In this document: positions 32,594 through 43,437 of the stretch, in pieces
How the letters are laid out: every line of letters starts with the position of its first letter
How positions within the stretch are numbered: the stretch's first letter is position 1
NCBI GenBank assembly: GCA_963772725.1
Contig: CAVYYI010000001.1
Location: 96,001-160,000, forward strand
Length of the DNA: 64,000 bases
Source: an uncultured Phycisphaerales bacterium
GTDB lineage: Bacteria > Planctomycetota > Phycisphaerae > Sedimentisphaerales > Anaerobacaceae
Direction: 5' to 3'
Position numbers and translations under genes: made by a program
Notes under the pieces: generated by a model
What the model was told of the DNA's origin: nothing
The model's input: the letters and a program-made list of their open reading frames with translations, nothing else
Database searches by the model: none

Positions 32594-34183
32594 ATGAACC
32601 TGAAGAATACAAGAAGGGATTTTTTGAAACTAATGGGTTTTGGGGCCGGTGCGTTTTTTGTTTCCGGCTGCGCCAACGGGGTAAAGTTATTTGCGAAAGA
32701 GAATTCCGCGGTTAAGCCTAACATTGTTTACATTTTAGCTGATGATATGGGCTACGGCGATATTCAATATCTTAATAAAGAGTGCAAAATATCAACACCC
32801 AACCTGAACCGTTTAGCTCAGGGGGGCATGATTTTTATGGATGCTCATTCGGGTTCGGCGGTTTGCACACCTACGCGATATGGGATTTTGACCGGTAGAT
32901 ATTGCTGGCGAACAATTAAGAAAAGCGGTGTGCTTATGGGATATGACAAGCCGTTAATTGCGCCCGAGAGGATGACCGTGGGCTCATTTTTGAAAAAGCA
33001 GGGGTATTATACGGGGTGTATCGGCAAGTGGCATCTGGGTATGGATTTTGCGAGAAAAGATTCCACGAGCCAAACTCAAAATGAAACGAGTGTCGATTTT
33101 AGTAAGCCGATAGCAAATGGGCCTGTGGATGTAGGTTTTGATTATTTCTATGGGATTTCGGCGTCACTGGATATGCCGCCGTATGTGTATATTGAAAATA
33201 ATCGGTTTACCGCTGTACCGACGGAAATAACCAAAGAAGGGGGGCGTGAAGGATTGACCGCTGATGGCTTTAAGGCGGTCGATGTTTTGCCGACAATTAC
33301 GAAGAAGGCGATTGAATATATTGAACAGCGTGGTAAAAAAGCCTCTGATCAGCCGTTCTTTCTCTATTTCGCATTAAGCGCTCCTCATACTCCCATTGTG
33401 CCGTCTAAAGAGTTTATCGGCAAGAGCAAAACAACCCAATATGGCGATTTCTGTGAAGAGGTTGACAGCACGGTAGGGCAGGTGCTGGACGCGATTGAAC
33501 GTTCCGGCAGGGCTGATAATACAATTGTTATTTTTACCAGCGATAACGGATGTTCGCCGGCGGCTGACTTCCCTGAGCTTGCCAAATTCGGGCATAATCC
33601 GAGTTATATTTTCCGCGGGTATAAGGCGGACATATTCGAAGGCGGACATCACATTCCTTTTATCGTCCGCTGGCCGGGCAGGGTCAAGAAAGCTTCAAGG
33701 TGTGATGATACCATTTGTCTGACCGACCTTATGGCGACATGCGCAGATATATTGGGTGAAAAGCTGCCTGATAACGCAGGCGAAGACAGTGTAAGTATTT
33801 TGCCGGATTTGCTGGGGACAGCTAAAGGGCCTGTTCGTGAAGCTACGGTACATCATTCTATTAACGGGGCGTTTTCAATTCGGTACGGAAAGTGGAAGTT
33901 GGAACTTTGCCCAGGTTCGGGGGGCTGGAGTTATCCCAAACCCGGCAAAGATGATACATTGGGGATGCCGTCTGTTCAGCTTTATGATTTGAGCGAAGAT
34001 ATTGCCGAGAAGAAGAATGTACAGGATAAATATCCTGACCAGGTTAAGCGGCTGACGGATTTGCTTCAAAGTTATGTTGATCGCGGCCGCAGTACGCCAG
34101 GTCTGCCGCAGAGCAATGAAGGTAAGACTGATATTTTTTTGGGAACGCAAAGACCAAAAAAAAGAAACACAAATAAAAAATAA
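32594..34183 (+). CDS. Tat-exported arylsulfatase (formylglycine type)
   Basis: TRRDFLK, NIVYILADDMG, CTPTR, GKWHLG, FTSDNG. Confidence 0.9.
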   Translation: MNLKNTRRDFLKLMGFGAGAFFVSGCANGVKLFAKENSAVKPNIVYILADDMGYGDIQYLNKECKISTPNLNRLAQGGMIFMDAHSGSAVCTPTRYGILTGRYCWRTIKKSGVLMGYDKPLIAPERMTVGSFLKKQGYYTGCIGKWHLGMDFARKDSTSQTQNETSVDFSKPIANGPVDVGFDYFYGISASLDMPPYVYIENNRFTAVPTEITKEGGREGLTADGFKAVDVLPTITKKAIEYIEQRGKKASDQPFFLYFALSAPHTPIVPSKEFIGKSKTTQYGDFCEEVDSTVGQVLDAIERSGRADNTIVIFTSDNGCSPAADFPELAKFGHNPSYIFRGYKADIFEGGHHIPFIVRWPGRVKKASRCDDTICLTDLMATCADILGEKLPDNAGEDSVSILPDLLGTAKGPVREATVHHSINGAFSIRYGKWKLELCPGSGGWSYPKPGKDDTLGMPSVQLYDLSEDIAEKKNVQDKYPDQVKRLTDLLQSYVDRGRSTPGLPQSNEGKTDIFLGTQRPKKRNTNKK

Positions 34184-34201
34184 TATCGTTTTTTGGGGGG
34201 C

Positions 34202-35244
34202 ATGATTATGGAAGCGGAAAGGGAAAATCTGAAAGAGGCTGTCTTATGGCAGCAAAAGCCGGACAAAAAAGTCCGCTGTAATCTATGCGCATGGCGATGC
34301 CTGATTGCCGATGGAAAGCTCGGACATTGCGCAGTCCGTAAAAATATAGGCGGTATTTTATATTCGCTCAATTACAACAAAGTCTGCGCCGCCAATATCG
34401 ACCCGATAGAGAAAAAGCCGCTTTTTCATTTTCTGCCGGGCAGCAGCAGTTTTTCAATATCCGCGCCGGGGTGTAATTTCCAGTGCGATTTCTGCCAGAA
34501 CTGGCAGATAAGCCAGATGCCGGTTATAGATGGCAGAATCAATGGAGAAGCCTCGAATCCCGAGCAAATTGTTGACACCGCGGTCAAGAGCGGCTGCGCA
34601 GAGTATAGCCTATACTTATACTGAGCCGACCATCTTTATGGAATTGTGCGATGATTGCGGCAAATTGGCAAAGAGCAGGGGGCTGAAGAATGTTTTTGTC
34701 AGTAACGGCTATATGACCCGCGAGGCGATTGATTTTGCCAAGGACTGGCTCGACGCGATTAATGTTGACCTCAAGGCTTTCAGCGATGATTATTATAAAA
34801 ATATCTGCAAGGCGCAGACTGCAGCCCGTACTCGACACAATCACCTACATCGCCAAAGAAACAAAAATCTGGATGGAGATTACGACACTTATTGTGCCGG
34901 GCGAAAACGATTCCGAAGATGAGCTGAAAAAGCTCGCTGATTTCCTTGTTACTAACGCAGGTCCCGATGTTCCGTGGCACATCAGCAGGTTTTATCCGCA
35001 GTATAGATATACTGATTTGCACCCGACGCCGCTCAAATTGCTCAAGCGGGCTTATGAAGCCGGAAAGGCCGCTGGCATTCGCTATATTTATATAGGTAAT
35101 GTACCCGGCGAAAAAGGCGAAAGCACTTTTTGCCACTATTGCGGCAGAATGCTTATCGAGAGGCTCGGATACAGAGTCCTGAGCAATAATATCCGGAAAA
35201 AATGCTGTCCCAAATGCAAAACTGAAATCGCAGGCGTCTTTTAA
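34202..35244 (+). CDS. amrS: AmmeMemoRadiSam system radical SAM enzyme (two frameshifts)
   Basis: DPIEKKPLFHF, GCNFQCDFCQNWQIS, AYTYTEP, EITTLIVPG, WHISRFYP across three ORFs. Confidence 0.8.
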
Positions 35245-35264
35245 CGAATAGGAGTTTATCTTCA

Positions 35265-36416
35265 ATGAAAATTGTCGCGGATGCAAATATACCGTTTGTT
35301 AAAGAATGTTTTTCGTCGATTGGTGATGTTAATGTTCTATCCGGCAGAGATATTACTCCCCCCGTAATTGCCGATGCGGATATTCTTCTTGTACGGAGCA
35401 TAACTAAAGTTGACACCAAACTCCTGGCAGGGAGCAAAGTCAGTTTCGTCGCGACCGCGACAATCGGCTTTGACCATATCGATGTAGATTACCTTAAGCG
35501 CAATAATATCGGTTTTGCCTCGGCACCTGGCTCAAACGCCAATTCTGTCGCGGAGTACGTTGTTACCGCTTTACTGAACATAGGGGAAAAACATAACATC
35601 AAGCTGAAAGACAAATCCATTGGTATTATCGGTGTGGGCAATGTCGGCAGCAGGGTGGCCAAAAAAGTCGCCGCCCTTGATATGAACGTTTTGCTCAACG
35701 ACCCGCCGCTCTACAAACTTACCGGCGACCCGAAATATATTCCGCTTGAAAAACTTTTGGACTGTGATTTTATCACTTTTCATACGCCGCTGACTTTTGA
35801 GGGTGTCGATAAAACTTTTCATCTTGCCGATGAAAAATTTTTCAATTCGCTCAAAACTGGCTGTGTCTTTTTCAATACCTCTCGCGGCGGTGTAGTCGAT
35901 AGCTGTGCCCTGAAACTTGCGATTAAATCAGGCCAGATTAAAGCCGCTGTTCTCGACGTCTGGGAAGATGAGCCGGATCTTGATACTGAACTGCTTGAGA
36001 TGGTTGATATCGGTACGCCCCATATCGCAGGATATTCCTTTGACGGCAAGGTTGCCGGAATGATTATGATTTATAACGCCGCCTGTGAATATTTCGGCCT
36101 AAAAGCCAAATTTGATGTCGATTCGTTCCTGCCTCCGCCGCCGGTACCCGTACTCAAAGTCGCTTCTCAGCTTATCGAAGAACAGGAGTTGATTCGCCAG
36201 GCTGTTGAGGAAATTTACGATATAAAAAGCGATGATTTTGCCCTGCGGCAGATTCTGAATATGCCTCAAGGTAAAAGATGCGCACTCTTCGATAAACTTC
36301 GCAAAGACTACCCCGTTCGAAGTGAGTTTCAAAATACGCAAATCAAGTTAACGGTTCCCTGCAAGGCGATTGCCTTGAAATTTACAGATATTGGTTTCAG
36401 GATTAAAAATGTCTGA
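35265..36416 (+). CDS. pdxB: Erythronate-4-phosphate dehydrogenase
   Basis: MKIVADANIP, LLVRSITKV, ATATIGFDH, APGSNANSVAEY, TPHIAGYS. Confidence 0.9.
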   Translation: MKIVADANIPFVKECFSSIGDVNVLSGRDITPPVIADADILLVRSITKVDTKLLAGSKVSFVATATIGFDHIDVDYLKRNNIGFASAPGSNANSVAEYVVTALLNIGEKHNIKLKDKSIGIIGVGNVGSRVAKKVAALDMNVLLNDPPLYKLTGDPKYIPLEKLLDCDFITFHTPLTFEGVDKTFHLADEKFFNSLKTGCVFFNTSRGGVVDSCALKLAIKSGQIKAAVLDVWEDEPDLDTELLEMVDIGTPHIAGYSFDGKVAGMIMIYNAACEYFGLKAKFDVDSFLPPPPVPVLKVASQLIEEQELIRQAVEEIYDIKSDDFALRQILNMPQGKRCALFDKLRKDYPVRSEFQNTQIKLTVPCKAIALKFTDIGFRIKNV

Positions 36417-37267
36417 TAAGGAAAAATGCGGTATAGTCCAATGGCCCTCCGGCAGGCTTGATTTCTTCGGCGGCTGCCTGGTTATGGGTATTTTGAATAT
36501 TACGCCCGACTCGTTCAGCGATGGCGGGATATTCCTCGATACCGATAAAGCGGTAGAACACGGTTTTACTATGGCCTCCGAAGGCACCGCCATAATTGAT
36601 ATCGGGGCTGAATCAACCCGTCCAGGCTCAATGCCTATTCCCGCCGATGAGCAGATTAAAAGGATTGTGCCGGTGTTAAGACTTCTTGGCAAAAAAATTA
36701 ATATCCCCATCAGCATCGACACGTACAATTACGATGTCGCCAAAGCGGCCCTTGATAATGGGGCAGCCATAATAAACGATATCACAGCGTTAAGTGATAA
36801 GCGGATGGCAGAACTTGCCGCTCAATACGAGGTTCCGGTCGTTTTGATGCACATACAGGGTACGCCGCGGACAATGCAGGTTAACCCCGTTTACGGAGAT
36901 GTCGTCGCCGAGGTATTGCGATTCTTATTAAGTCGGGCTAAATACGCTGAGACTTTCGGCATACCGCGTGAGAGAATCTTCATCGACCCTGGTATCGGGT
37001 TTGGTAAAACCATCGAGCATAATCTTTCTCTTCTGAAACACATCGACAGATTTGTTGATTCCGGTTACCGCATTCTCGTTGGCCCGAGCAGAAAGGGTTT
37101 TATCGGGAAAATTACCGGCAGAGAAAAACCTGCTGAGCGTTTGTTCGGTGCCGCCGCCGCCGTGGCCTTATGTGCCGCCGCTGGCGTTTCAATTGTCCGA
37201 GTCCACGATGTCCCGCAGATGCTCGAACGTTACAAAAACAGTTAATGCTGTTTGCCGCTGTTTATAA
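36409..37267 (+). CDS. folP: Dihydropteroate synthase (probable frameshift near the 3' end)
   Basis: MGILNITPDSFSDGG, DIGAESTRPG, DPGIGFGK, SRKGF, RVHDV. Confidence 0.9.
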
Positions 37268-37430
37268 TCTATTTATTGAGGTTAAATCATCCTGCTTACG
37301 AATTAAATGAATGCCTATAAAACTAACTTCAAAAACCTTTTGCAATCGGCGGTGTAATCGTATAATATGTTAAATTCTTTTTTACTGAACTTATTGATTA
37401 TATATAGAGATAGAAAGGACGTTTGGTGAT

Positions 37431-39535
37431 ATGAGTCTTGAGAAGTTTTTTAGTCCGGAGTCGATAGCTATCGTAGGTGCGTCGCAGACAAAGGGCAAGG
37501 TCGGCTACGAAATAGTGGTAAACCTGCTGACGGCGGGGTATAAAGGGAAGATATATCCCGTTAATAATAAAGCAGATACGATAGAGGGTCTGAAATGCTA
37601 TCCCGACCTGGATTCGATAGGTCAGCCGGTGGATTTGGCGGTGATAGTGATACCGGCGAAGTTTGTGCCGGATGTAATGAAGCAGTGCGGAAAGCTGAAG
37701 ATAAAGGCGGTTGTGGTTATAACGGCGGGCTTCAAGGAGGTTGGCAAGGAGGGCAAGGAGCTTGAGCAGCAGGTGGTTCAAATCGCCAAGCAGTCCGGGA
37801 TACGGGTCATCGGGCCAAATTGTCTTGGTGTGATAGATCCGGCGAATAAGGTAAACGCCAGTTTCGGCGGCGATCTGCCGGAGCATGGCTCGATAGGTTA
37901 TATATCGCAGTCGGGGGCGCTTTTGGCGGCGATTCTGGATTTGGCCAACGCCAACGGCATCGGGTTCAGCAAGTTAGTGAGCATAGGCAATAAGGCTGAT
38001 GTCGATGAGCTGGATATGATCGAGGATCTGGGGTCTGACCCTGATACGAAGGTAATCGCCGGGTATCTTGAGAGCATCACGGAGGGTGTGGCGTTTGTGT
38101 CGGAGGCCGAGCGTATATCGCATACCAAGCCGATACTGCTGATGAAATCCGGCGGTACGGGCGCAGGGGCAAAGGCGGCGTCGTCGCATACCGGAAGTCT
38201 TGCTGGAAGTGAAATGGCTTATGAGGCGGTTTTTGAGCGGGCGGGAATTATACGGTGCTTTTCAATAAAATCGCAGTTCAATTTTGCGCAGGCGTTTTCG
38301 ACTCAGCCTCTGCCGAAAGGGCAAAGTGTGGCGGTAATAACCAACGCCGGCGGGCCGGGGATTATGGCGGCGGACGCGATTGAGCGTGAGGGGCTGACTT
38401 TCGCGAAGCTAAAGAAAGAGACGATTGAGAAGCTGGCGGGGAATCTGCCAGCGTCGGCGAATTTTTATAATCCGGTTGACGTTCTTGGCGATGCGCTGGC
38501 GGACAGGTATGAATTCGCGATTAAAACGGTGATGGAAGACCCAAATGTAGATATAGTTTTAATACTTTTGACGCCTCAGGCAATGACGGAGGCGGAGGCG
38601 ACGGCAAAGAGCATCGCGAAGATAGCCAAACTGAATGCGACCAAGCCGGTGCTGGCGTGTTTCCTCGGCGCGGAAAAGGTCGATGATGGGATAAAAATTC
38701 TGCGAGAAAACAGGATACCGCAGTACGATTCGCCGGAGAGCGCGGTGCTGACGATAAAGCTGATGGTTAAATATGTGAAGTGGCGTTCCAGGCCCAAGCG
38801 GGTTGTCAAGCTGTTCCCTGTGAACCGCCGAAAAGTCGAGACGATTATTGAAAAGCATACGCGGCAGGGAATCCGTGAAATCGGAGAGACCGAGTCGAAG
38901 GAAATCCTGGAGGCGTACGGATTTGTAACCCCGAAAGGGTCAGTTGCGACGACCGCGGAGCAGGCGGCGAATATCGCGGACCAGCTCGGTTATCCGGTTG
39001 TGCTGAAAATCTGGTCGCCGGACATTGTGCATAAATCTGATGTCGGCGGCGTTAAAGTGGGCCTGAAGAGTCCTAAAGAGGTGATGGATGCTTTCGACCT
39101 GATGATGTACCGAATACCCAAGAAAGTGCCGAAGGCCGATATTCTCGGCGTGCTTGTTCAGGAGATGTGCAGACGGGGGCAAGGAAGTAATTCTTGGGAT
39201 GAATCGCGACCCGCATTTCGGGCCGTTGATGATGTTCGGTATGGGCGGGGTGATGGTCGAGGTGCTGAAGGATGTTTCGTTTTATCTGGCACCGCTGACG
39301 GGTGAAGAAGCCAAGCAGATGCTTATAAGCACCAAGACGTATAAAATTTTGAAGGGCGTTCGCGGCCAGGAAGGCGTGGATATTGACGCAATCGCCGAAG
39401 GGCTTCAGAGACTATCACAGCTTGTTACGGAGTTTCCGCAGATTAAGGAAATGGATATAAATCCGTATATGGTCGGGCCCGGCGGGAACTACGCCAATAG
39501 CAGTTGACGCAAGAATGAGTGTAGAAAAGGTTTAA
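37431..39535 (+). CDS. ADP-forming acetate-CoA ligase family protein (frameshifts near 39170 and 39485)
   Basis: GPNCLG, SQSGA, ASSHTGSLAG (phospho-His), TNAGGPG, ATP-grasp HKSDVGGV, DPHFGP. Confidence 0.85.
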
Positions 39536-39543
39536 ATTGGAAG

Positions 39544-41426
39544 ATGAAAATATGCAGAGACTTTGATTGGAAAGAAAAATACAAAGATAAGATAGCGACC
39601 GCGGATGCGGCTATGAAGCTGTCAAGTCGGGTAACAGTATATTCATCGGGACAGGCTGCGGTCAGCCGCAGCATCTTGTCAATGCACTGGTGAAGCATTC
39701 AAGCCATATTTACGATGCTCATATTATTCATCTGCTTACGATTGGTACGGCGCCGTATGCTGACGAGCAAATTCCGCGAAAAATTCAAGATGAACAGTTT
39801 TTTCATCGCTGACAATGTTCGCGAGGCATTGAGCAAGGGCATCGGCGATTACACGCCGATATTTTTGTCGGAGATACCGAACGAATTTGAAAAGCGGCAG
39901 GATTCCGCTGGACGTGGCGTTAATAAGCGTTTCGCCGCCGGATGCAAACGGCCTGTGCAGCCTGGGTGTTTCAGTGGATATTGTGAAATCCGCCACTGCA
40001 AACGCACGTTATACTATCGCGCAGGTCAATGCGAATATGCCTCGGACGTTTCGGCGACAGTTTCATTCATGTCAACGACATTGATATGCTGGTGCCTTAC
40101 GATGAAGATATTATAGAAGTTGAAACACCTGAACCTGATGAGACGCTGCGTCGCATCGGGCAGAATATCGCCAGACTTGTTGATGACGGCAGCACGATCG
40201 AATGCGGCATAGGACGCATTCCGCAGGCGCTGGCGGAATTTCTCAAGGACAAGAAAGACCTCGGCGTTCATACGGAAATGTTCAGCGACTGGATTATCGA
40301 GCTTATCGAATGCGGGGCGATTACCTCGGCGAAAAAGTCCATAAACCGCGGCAAAGTCGTGGCGAGTTTCTGCATGGGTTCAAAACGTCTTTATGATTAT
40401 ATAAATAATAATCCGTTCTTTGAATTTTATCCTACTGAATACGTCAATGACCCTTATGTCATAGGTCAGCATGAGAAGATGGTGGCGATTAACGTTGGTC
40501 TTGAGATTGATTTGACTGGACAGGTTTGCGCGGATTCGCTGGGGTATAAATTTTACAGCGGCATCGGCGGCCAGGTTGACTTTATCCGCGGCGCGGCCAG
40601 AAGCAGGGGCGGTAAGCCGATAATCGCGATGCCTTCTACGGCTAAAAACGGGCAGGTATCGAGGATTGTTTCACATCTTACCGAAGGCGCTGGAGTGGTT
40701 ACGACTCGCGGGGACGTTCATTACGTCGTTACCGAGTACGGTGTGGCGTATCTGCACGGAAAGAGCATCAGGGAAAGAGTGCTTTCCCTTATCAATATCG
40801 CTCATCCTAAGTTCAGGGCTGAGTTGATAAAGGCCGCCAAAGCGCAGAATTATGTGTATCAGGACCAGATTGAACTCGACAGTAAAAAGACAACGTATCC
40901 CGAAGAGCTGGAGCATTACGAGACGCTGCGTGACGGTACAGAGATATTTTTCAGGCCGGTCAAGCCGACCGACGAAGGCGCGCTTTCCGATATGCTGTAT
41001 TCACTTAGTGAAGAATCCGTACGGACAAGGTATATGGCCCATACGATGACCTTCCCGCACAAAGACGTTCAGCAGTTGGCGAATATCGATTACAGCAGGG
41101 ATATTTCGATTGTCGGCACGGTTCCAGGCTCGTCGGGCGATGAAATCGTGGCGATAGCTCAGTATTTTCTCGACCCGAAAACGCAGGCGGCGGAGGTAGC
41201 GTTTCTTGTGCAGGACGAATGGCAACAAAAAGGCATGGGTACTCTTTTGCTGGAGTATCTGTCTAAAGTGGCGAAGAAACGGGGTGTTATGCGTTTTTAC
41301 GCAAAGGTGCTGCCTGCCAATAAGCCGATGCTGGCTGTTTTCTATAATTCGGGCTACAAGGTGAACACCGAATTCGACGGAGACGTTTATCATATAACAT
41401 ACGATTTGGCCGAGAAGAAAAAATAG
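39544..41426 (+). CDS. Acetyl-CoA hydrolase/transferase fused to a C-terminal GNAT acetyltransferase (several frameshifts)
   Basis: GIGRIP, LGVHTEM, SGIGGQVDFIRGA, VVTEYG; GNAT AEVAFLVQDEWQQKGMG. Confidence 0.8.
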
Positions 41427-41434
41427 GAGTAATT

Positions 41435-42568
41435 TTGGCAAGAAGAGCTGTATTTATATATTCGCCGCAGCTTGAGAAATATCCTTACCCGCCTGATTGT
41501 CCGTTTAATACGGCAAGGGCGGGGAAAACACGTAGCATTCTGAACTCTATGGGCCTGCTGTCTGGTGAGGGGATAAGCGAGGTCGAACCTTCTCCGGCAG
41601 AAAGAATTGTTATAAAAAAGTTTCACACAGCTCGTTATCTGCATGCGCTTAAAGTTGCGCCAAAAGGGCCTCTCGACATAGAAATGCTCAATATGGGAAT
41701 TGGTACGGGGGATTGTCCGATATTTGCCGGGATGTACGAAGGCGCGGCGCTGGCATGCGGGGCAACCTTAAAAGGAGCGGAACTTATTCTTTCCAAATCA
41801 GCGGATGTGGTTTTTAATCCTGCCGGCGGACTGCATCACGCGCAGCCGGAACGGGCGGCTGGTTTTTGCTATATCAATGATGTTGCGCTGGGGTGTATAG
41901 TTCTCGCAGAAAAAGGCAAGAGGGTTTTATATCTTGATATCGATGTTCATCACGGCGATGGGGTGCAGAATGTTTTCTATGAGCGCAGCGATGTTATGAC
42001 AATTTCGTTTCACGAAAATCCGCATACGCTTTTTCCCGGCACAGGTTTCGAGGATGAGACAGGTGCCGGACAAGGTAAAGGCTATTGTGTTAATGTTCCG
42101 CTTCCCATCGGCACTTATGACCAGGCGTATATGAAGGCGTTCAATACGATAGCACCGCCTTTAATCGGGGCGTTTAATCCGGATGTAATCGTTTTTGAAC
42201 TTGGGGTGGACACGCTGGCAGGCGACCCGCTTGCGCATCTTTGCCTTACCAATAATGTTTATGCCGATATTATTAAAATTCTGCTGAATTTTGGCAAACC
42301 AATTCTTATGACCGGAGGCGGCGGGTATCATATCGGTAATACCGTCAGGGCCTGGGCGCTGGCGTGGAGCGTTCTTTGTGGTGCCGATGACGGCTATGAT
42401 ATTAATATCGGTATGGGCGGAGTTATGCTCGAAAGCACTGACTGGCAGGGCGGACTTCGTGACAGGCATCTGCCCGTTACTAGCCAGCAGCGAACCGCCG
42501 TAGAACCCGCCATACAGACCACAATAGAAAAAATAAAGACAAATATCTTCCCTTATCACGGCCTGTAG
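41435..42568 (+). CDS. acuC: AcuC-like / histone-deacetylase family protein deacetylase
   Basis: GGLHHA, GFCYIND, YLDIDVHHGDG, FPGTG, GDPL, GGGGY. Confidence 0.8.
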   Translation: MARRAVFIYSPQLEKYPYPPDCPFNTARAGKTRSILNSMGLLSGEGISEVEPSPAERIVIKKFHTARYLHALKVAPKGPLDIEMLNMGIGTGDCPIFAGMYEGAALACGATLKGAELILSKSADVVFNPAGGLHHAQPERAAGFCYINDVALGCIVLAEKGKRVLYLDIDVHHGDGVQNVFYERSDVMTISFHENPHTLFPGTGFEDETGAGQGKGYCVNVPLPIGTYDQAYMKAFNTIAPPLIGAFNPDVIVFELGVDTLAGDPLAHLCLTNNVYADIIKILLNFGKPILMTGGGGYHIGNTVRAWALAWSVLCGADDGYDINIGMGGVMLESTDWQGGLRDRHLPVTSQQRTAVEPAIQTTIEKIKTNIFPYHGL

Positions 42569-42691
42569 GGTCAATGGTATGAAGCAGGCTGGCGATAAGG
42601 AAAATCCGAAGCACGAAGCATGAAATAAATTTCACTGCGAGTGTTATAGATGTCGCAAAAAATGTGAAAAAAATAAATGTAAAAGGCGAAT

Positions 42692-42720
42692 AAAAAACCC
42701 CGAAGGAGACTTCGGGGTTT
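42692..42720 (-). terminator. Intrinsic terminator after satP
   Basis: aaaccccgaag-gaga-cttcggggttt hairpin with a T-run on the minus strand. Confidence 0.75.
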
Positions 42721-42751
42721 AAAAAGACAGAATGTTTTTAGTGAGCAAATA

Positions 42752-43348
42752 TTATTTTTTAGCGCCGAGGGGTACGACGGTTTTGCCGTACACTTCATTG
42801 AGTACCTGACCCAGGGCGGTGTATATGGCTGAAAGGCCGCAGATAATTCCCTCGTAGCCGGCGATACATTTAATTGAAGCATTGCCGGTCTGGTCGCCGA
42901 TAGCCAGCAGGAAGAACAATATAGTTAAAGAGGCGAAAACAAACTGGAGGGCTTTACTTAATTTTAGCGTGCCGATATACATAACGCCGGTGAATATGCC
43001 CCACATGACCAGGTATGCCACCATCGCGGGTGTTTCGTTGGGGTCTCCCAGTCCCATTTTTGGGGCAATTAATAAGCCGACAAGAGACAACCAGAACAGG
43101 CCGTAAGAGGTGAAAGCGGTTGTTCCGAATGTATTGTTCTTTTTCCATTCCATTATTCCGGCGATGACCTGGGCGATACCGCCATAGAAAATTCCCATAG
43201 CAAGAATCATTGTCCCAAGTTTGAAAAAGCCTGCGTTGTGAAGATTGAGCAGCACGGTAGTCATACCGAAGCCCATCAAACCTAAAGGCGCTGGGTTAGC
43301 AGTGGTGTCTTTTACTTTAATCATATCATCTGTCATTGGTTTTTCCAT
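42752..43348 (-). CDS. satP: Acetate uptake transporter (GPR1/FUN34/YaaH)
   Basis: [20 protein letters not shown]. Confidence 0.92.
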   Translation of the reverse strand: MEKPMTDDMIKVKDTTANPAPLGLMGFGMTTVLLNLHNAGFFKLGTMILAMGIFYGGIAQVIAGIMEWKKNNTFGTTAFTSYGLFWLSLVGLLIAPKMGLGDPNETPAMVAYLVMWGIFTGVMYIGTLKLSKALQFVFASLTILFFLLAIGDQTGNASIKCIAGYEGIICGLSAIYTALGQVLNEVYGKTVVPLGAKK

Positions 43349-43437
43349 ATTCCTTCCTTTTATCCAAAATAAATTTTACGCGTATTCCGATACGCGATAA
43401 TTAACCAGCAATAATATGGTTACAATACGGCAAAAGA

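Noticed and set aside
34560..41426. Programmed frameshifting or mass pseudogenisation
   Set aside because: No consistent slippery sites and motifs otherwise intact; sequencing error is more likely
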